From the human T2T-CHM13v2.0 reference genome, Homo sapiens, in NCBI RefSeq assembly GCF_009914755.1, contig NC_060926.1: a stretch of 64,000 nt of DNA, one strand, 5' to 3'. Of this stretch, positions 60,508 to 64,000 are shown piece by piece (position 1 is the first letter of the stretch; the number at the start of each line of letters is the position of its first letter). Under the pieces are notes generated by a model. The model searched no databases. It was not told the origin of the DNA and saw only the letters and a program-made list of their open reading frames with translations. The translations under genes were made by a program, and so were the position numbers.

Positions 60508-60888
60508 TGCTATGGTTTGAATGTGTTCCCCCAAAATTCATGTGTTAGAAGCTTGTCCTCATTCTGATGGTATTAAGAGGTGAAACCTTTAAGAGATGAT
60601 TAGGTCATGAGGGCTCTGCCCTCATGAATGGATTAATGCTATTATGCAAGAGTGAGTGAAGCGTTATCGCCGAGGGGTGGGCTCCTGATAAAAAGGATTA
60701 ATTCAGTCGATTTCCTCTCTCTGTCTCTCCTGCCCTTGCTTTCGCCTTCTGCGTGGCCCTTACCAGATGCTGGCACCATGCTCTTGAACTTCCCAGCCTC
60801 CAAAAGAGTAAGCCGAATAGATTTCCATTCATTGTAAGTTACCCAGTCTGTGGTATTCTGTTACGGCAGCAGAAAATGAACTAAGAGG
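60508..60888 (+). mobile_element. MST-type MaLR solo LTR
   Basis: TGCTATGGTTTGAATGTGTTCCCCAAAATTCATGTGTT...TTACCCAGTCTGTGGTATTCTGTTACGGCAGCAGAAAATGAACTAAGA. Confidence 0.87.
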
Positions 60889-61855
60889 CCAGTGGCACTG
60901 TCTTTGCACACAGTATATGCTCAGCATGTGTGCACTCTATCATTCAATACAACGTTTATACATCCTCCTCCCCCGCTCCCACCCTCCAGCTTCTGCTGGG
61001 TGTGCAGGAGCTCAGGCACCATGGTGGGCCTCTATGTGCCCCAGGATGCTGTCTCCAGGTGGACAAAAGTGAGTCTAAGGGGAGTGGGACATCAAAGCAA
61101 GCACTTCCTCATCCTATTGCAGGCCCTGTGCCAGCGTGGCAGGTCTCCGTATGAAGGCTGGGGGCCTGGGGCAGGCTATGGGGAAGAAGAGAGAGAAGTG
61201 AGAGGCAGGGACAGACTGAGCTGGAGCGAGAACGAGGAGGGACTGCATACAGATGTGGTCTAGAGATAGCCTTTGCCCCCATCCCAGAAACCAAAGCCTA
61301 CAATGCTCTACCCTCAGTCTACAAGGCTCTGTCCAGCCCAGCACCAGGTGCTCCTCTCAGCAGCCCTGAGCAAAGGGCAGGAGGCAGGTTGTAAGCCTAG
61401 GGACTGCACCAGGCTGACTTTTCACACACTAGTCTCATTGCATCTTCATATCATCACCCAAAGGTAAGTATTTCCATTTTACAGGTAAGGAGAGTGAGGC
61501 CCAGAGATCTAAGTGGGCTGCCCAAGGCCATCCAGTAAGGGACAGGGCTGGGGTTGATCTGACTCTGAACTCCATGCCCTTTCACAGGACTGTACCTCTG
61601 ACACAGGGCACCAGCAGGCACCCAGGCCTCATCCCTGGGCGGATAGTGCTACACCTGTGGGGGCAAGGCAGCGGCCCTGCAGGGGTAGGTGCCTGGTTGC
61701 CACCCTCCCCATCTGTGGCTGCTTCCTCCCCCTCCACAGCCAGCAGGAGCAGTTTCATGGAGCTGGGAGTCCCGTGGGCTCCCCACTTCCAGGCAGCTCC
61801 TCAACTCTTCAATCTGGATCTATCTGGGGGTGGGTCAGAAAAGGCTGCCTCTTGG

Positions 61856-62243
61856 ACCAGGCGCAGTGGCTCACAGCTGTAATCCCAGCACTTTGGGAGG
61901 CCAAGGTGGGCCGATCACTTGAGGTCAGGAGTTTGAGACCAGCCTGGCCAACATGGTAAAACCCCATCTCTACTAAAAATATACCAAAAAAAAAAAAAAA
62001 GAAATTAGCTGAGTGTGGTGGCGCATGCTTCTGCAGTGGCAGCTACTCAGGAGGCTGAGGCACGAGGATCGCTTGAACCCAGGAGGCAGAGGCTGCAGCG
62101 AGCCAAGATAGCACCACTGCACTCCAGCCTGGACAACAGAGTGAGACTCCATCAAAAAAAAAAAAAAAGGAAGGAAGGAATGAAAGGGAAGGAAGGAAAG
62201 GGAGGGAGGGAGGGAGGGAGGGATGGAGGGAAGGAAGGAAGGA

Positions 62244-62275
<32 letters not shown>

Positions 62276-62301
62276 AGGAAGGAAGGAAGGGAAGGAAGAA
62301 A
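61856..62301 (+). mobile_element. AluS with a compound (GGAA)/(GGGA)/(GGCA) tail
   Basis: Full Alu to about 62168, followed by purine-rich tetranucleotide repeats. Confidence 0.9.
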
Positions 62302-64000
62302 GGGTTTCCTAGAATGCACCAGGCCAAGACTAAGACCCAGACCCCTCCCCAGCTATCCCAATCTCCCTGTAGTTGCTGGGGATCCAGAGCCTGTCCTGCT
62401 CTCCCCCAGCCCAGGGTGCCCTTCCTGCCTTCTCAGTGGCCGGGGTGCCCCTTTCCCTGTCTTTTTCCTGGCGTGCCCTCTGGCAAGGGAGTGGGTCCTG
62501 AGCTGTGTGCAGGGTGCATGCGTGACACAGAGTGGGGTGGAACAGAATCCCAGGAAGGCTGAGCCCAGGCCCTGCCCTTCATCCCCTGGCCCTTTCCCAG
62601 AGGAGGCACAACAAACTCAAAGAGAACGTATGGGCTCCAGACCAAAGGTCCTTGGTTCATTGCATGCAGCTCCCACGGCTGCAGCGGCTTTTATGAGAAA
62701 GCAGCAAATCATAAGAAAACTATCTCCTTGGGAGGACTTAATTGGGACAGAAACTGCAGATGGATGCCAGATGTGCAACGGCATCCAAACCCGAGTCCCA
62801 AATCCCCACAAAGATCCTCAGTCGACTCTCCCGATCCTTTGACCAGGTAATAAGAGTCCTAATAGCAGTAGCAATGGCTCCATTTCTAAAGCACACACGG
62901 TATGCTATGCACTGCTTTTATTTCTAGTTCCTTTCATTACCTAGAGAGGCATTGCTCTGCACATTTTACAGATAAGGAAACTGAGGTTACTGAGGTTAGG
63001 TAACTCAACCAAGGTCACATATTTAGAAAGTGGTGGAACTTTTCAAAATACTAAGTTGGGGAAATGCTCATCATTTGTAGAAAAATTTTCAATAAGGCAT
63101 AAGAACACAGGTTTCCAGTTAACCCTCAGTTACCCAGAAAAGTAAATTCCCCAGAACGTCCTGCACATCGTGTATGCCTGTGTATGTGCATGCACTTGAA
63201 TATTCTGATTAGCAGAGCTCGTGATAAACAGGCCAGACTACAGGGGAAAAAAATGTGCAGAAACCAGCAACCATATTCTCCGAATTCATCGCATGCTTGG
63301 AGATCCCCAGGTAAAAAGTTAGCAAAACATACCTTGTTCAAAACAACTGGCCAAGGACGGGATGTGAAGCAGCCACTGCTGCTAGGGGCACAGCATCCAT
63401 TGGAGTTCCCTCCCCACCCCTAACTGCCCGAGGGCAGCAGATCCAGGGTTGCCCGGCCACCTCCCTCTCCTGACTGCAGTGTGGGAAGAAACGCAGGACG
63501 CTGGCAGGCACCAGACCGTGCCCCGCCCCTGATCCACAGTGTGGCTTTGAGCACACCACTTTCCCTCTCTGGGCCTTGGTTTTCCCATCTGTAAAATCAG
63601 GGCACAGTGAACTGTAAAGGGCTCGGAGGGAAATTTCATGGACTGGTTGATGATCCCAGGCTGCCGCCCTTTAGGAGAGGTCCTCCCTCCAGAGGGCTCT
63701 TGGACCTTGGGGATCCCAGGTGGGAGCCTTCATGGGAAGCGGAAGTGAGCCCTGAGACCTCTGCAGGCTTCTCTCCTACCTCTGAAAGACTGAGCAGGCA
63801 GCCTGGTGTCTCAGACACTCCTCATTTCCCTACTTCCCTTCAACAGGGTTAGAGTTCCTACGAAAGCTTTGCTGCCATGCAAGAAGGCAGAATGCTCTCC
63901 CACATGGAGACGCACCCAGACAGTCCACGGGACACATGTGTGCATAAGCCCGAGTGTGCTCAAGCCCCTCCATACCACTGGCATGGCACTATGGCACTCT

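Noticed and set aside
62245-62273. (CAGG)n/(CCTG)n repeat like the DM2 motif
   Set aside because: Only about 7 units in an intergenic Alu tail, which is ordinary.

Overview
Repeat-rich human-type genomic DNA (Alu, L1, SVA, MaLR/ERV LTRs, DNA transposon relics). It contains one protein-coding gene, NEURL3 (LINCR), on the minus strand; from recall this is human 2q11.2, between NCAPH and ARID5A. I assembled four coding exons by hand (43878-43905, 39057-39542, 37996-38067, 36862-37064). All introns are GT-AG and phase 1, and the total is 789 nt = 262 aa + stop, encoding an NHR domain plus a C3HC4 RING. The window opens inside a young SVA that is inserted into an L1PA 3' UTR. About 10-35 kb and 54-60 kb are old L1/Alu/LTR debris. 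Nearly all other ORFs in the track are repeat or GC artefacts, and there is no CRISPR or prokaryotic system. The most interesting unexplained signals are regulatory or translational: (1) an apparently non-repeat kB+kB+CRE+GAS/ISRE cluster at about 24.6-24.85 kb; (2) an inverted double-GAS/kB element and a kB/HNF1/TATA-like proximal promoter; (3) an upstream CpG-island exon that could splice into exon 1; (4) an out-of-frame ORF whose stop overlaps an in-frame strong-Kozak Met159; (5) an orphan CpG island with CTCF/RFX motifs. All of these are motif-level hypotheses. Repeat subfamily names are from memory of consensus sequences and repeat boundaries are approximate.
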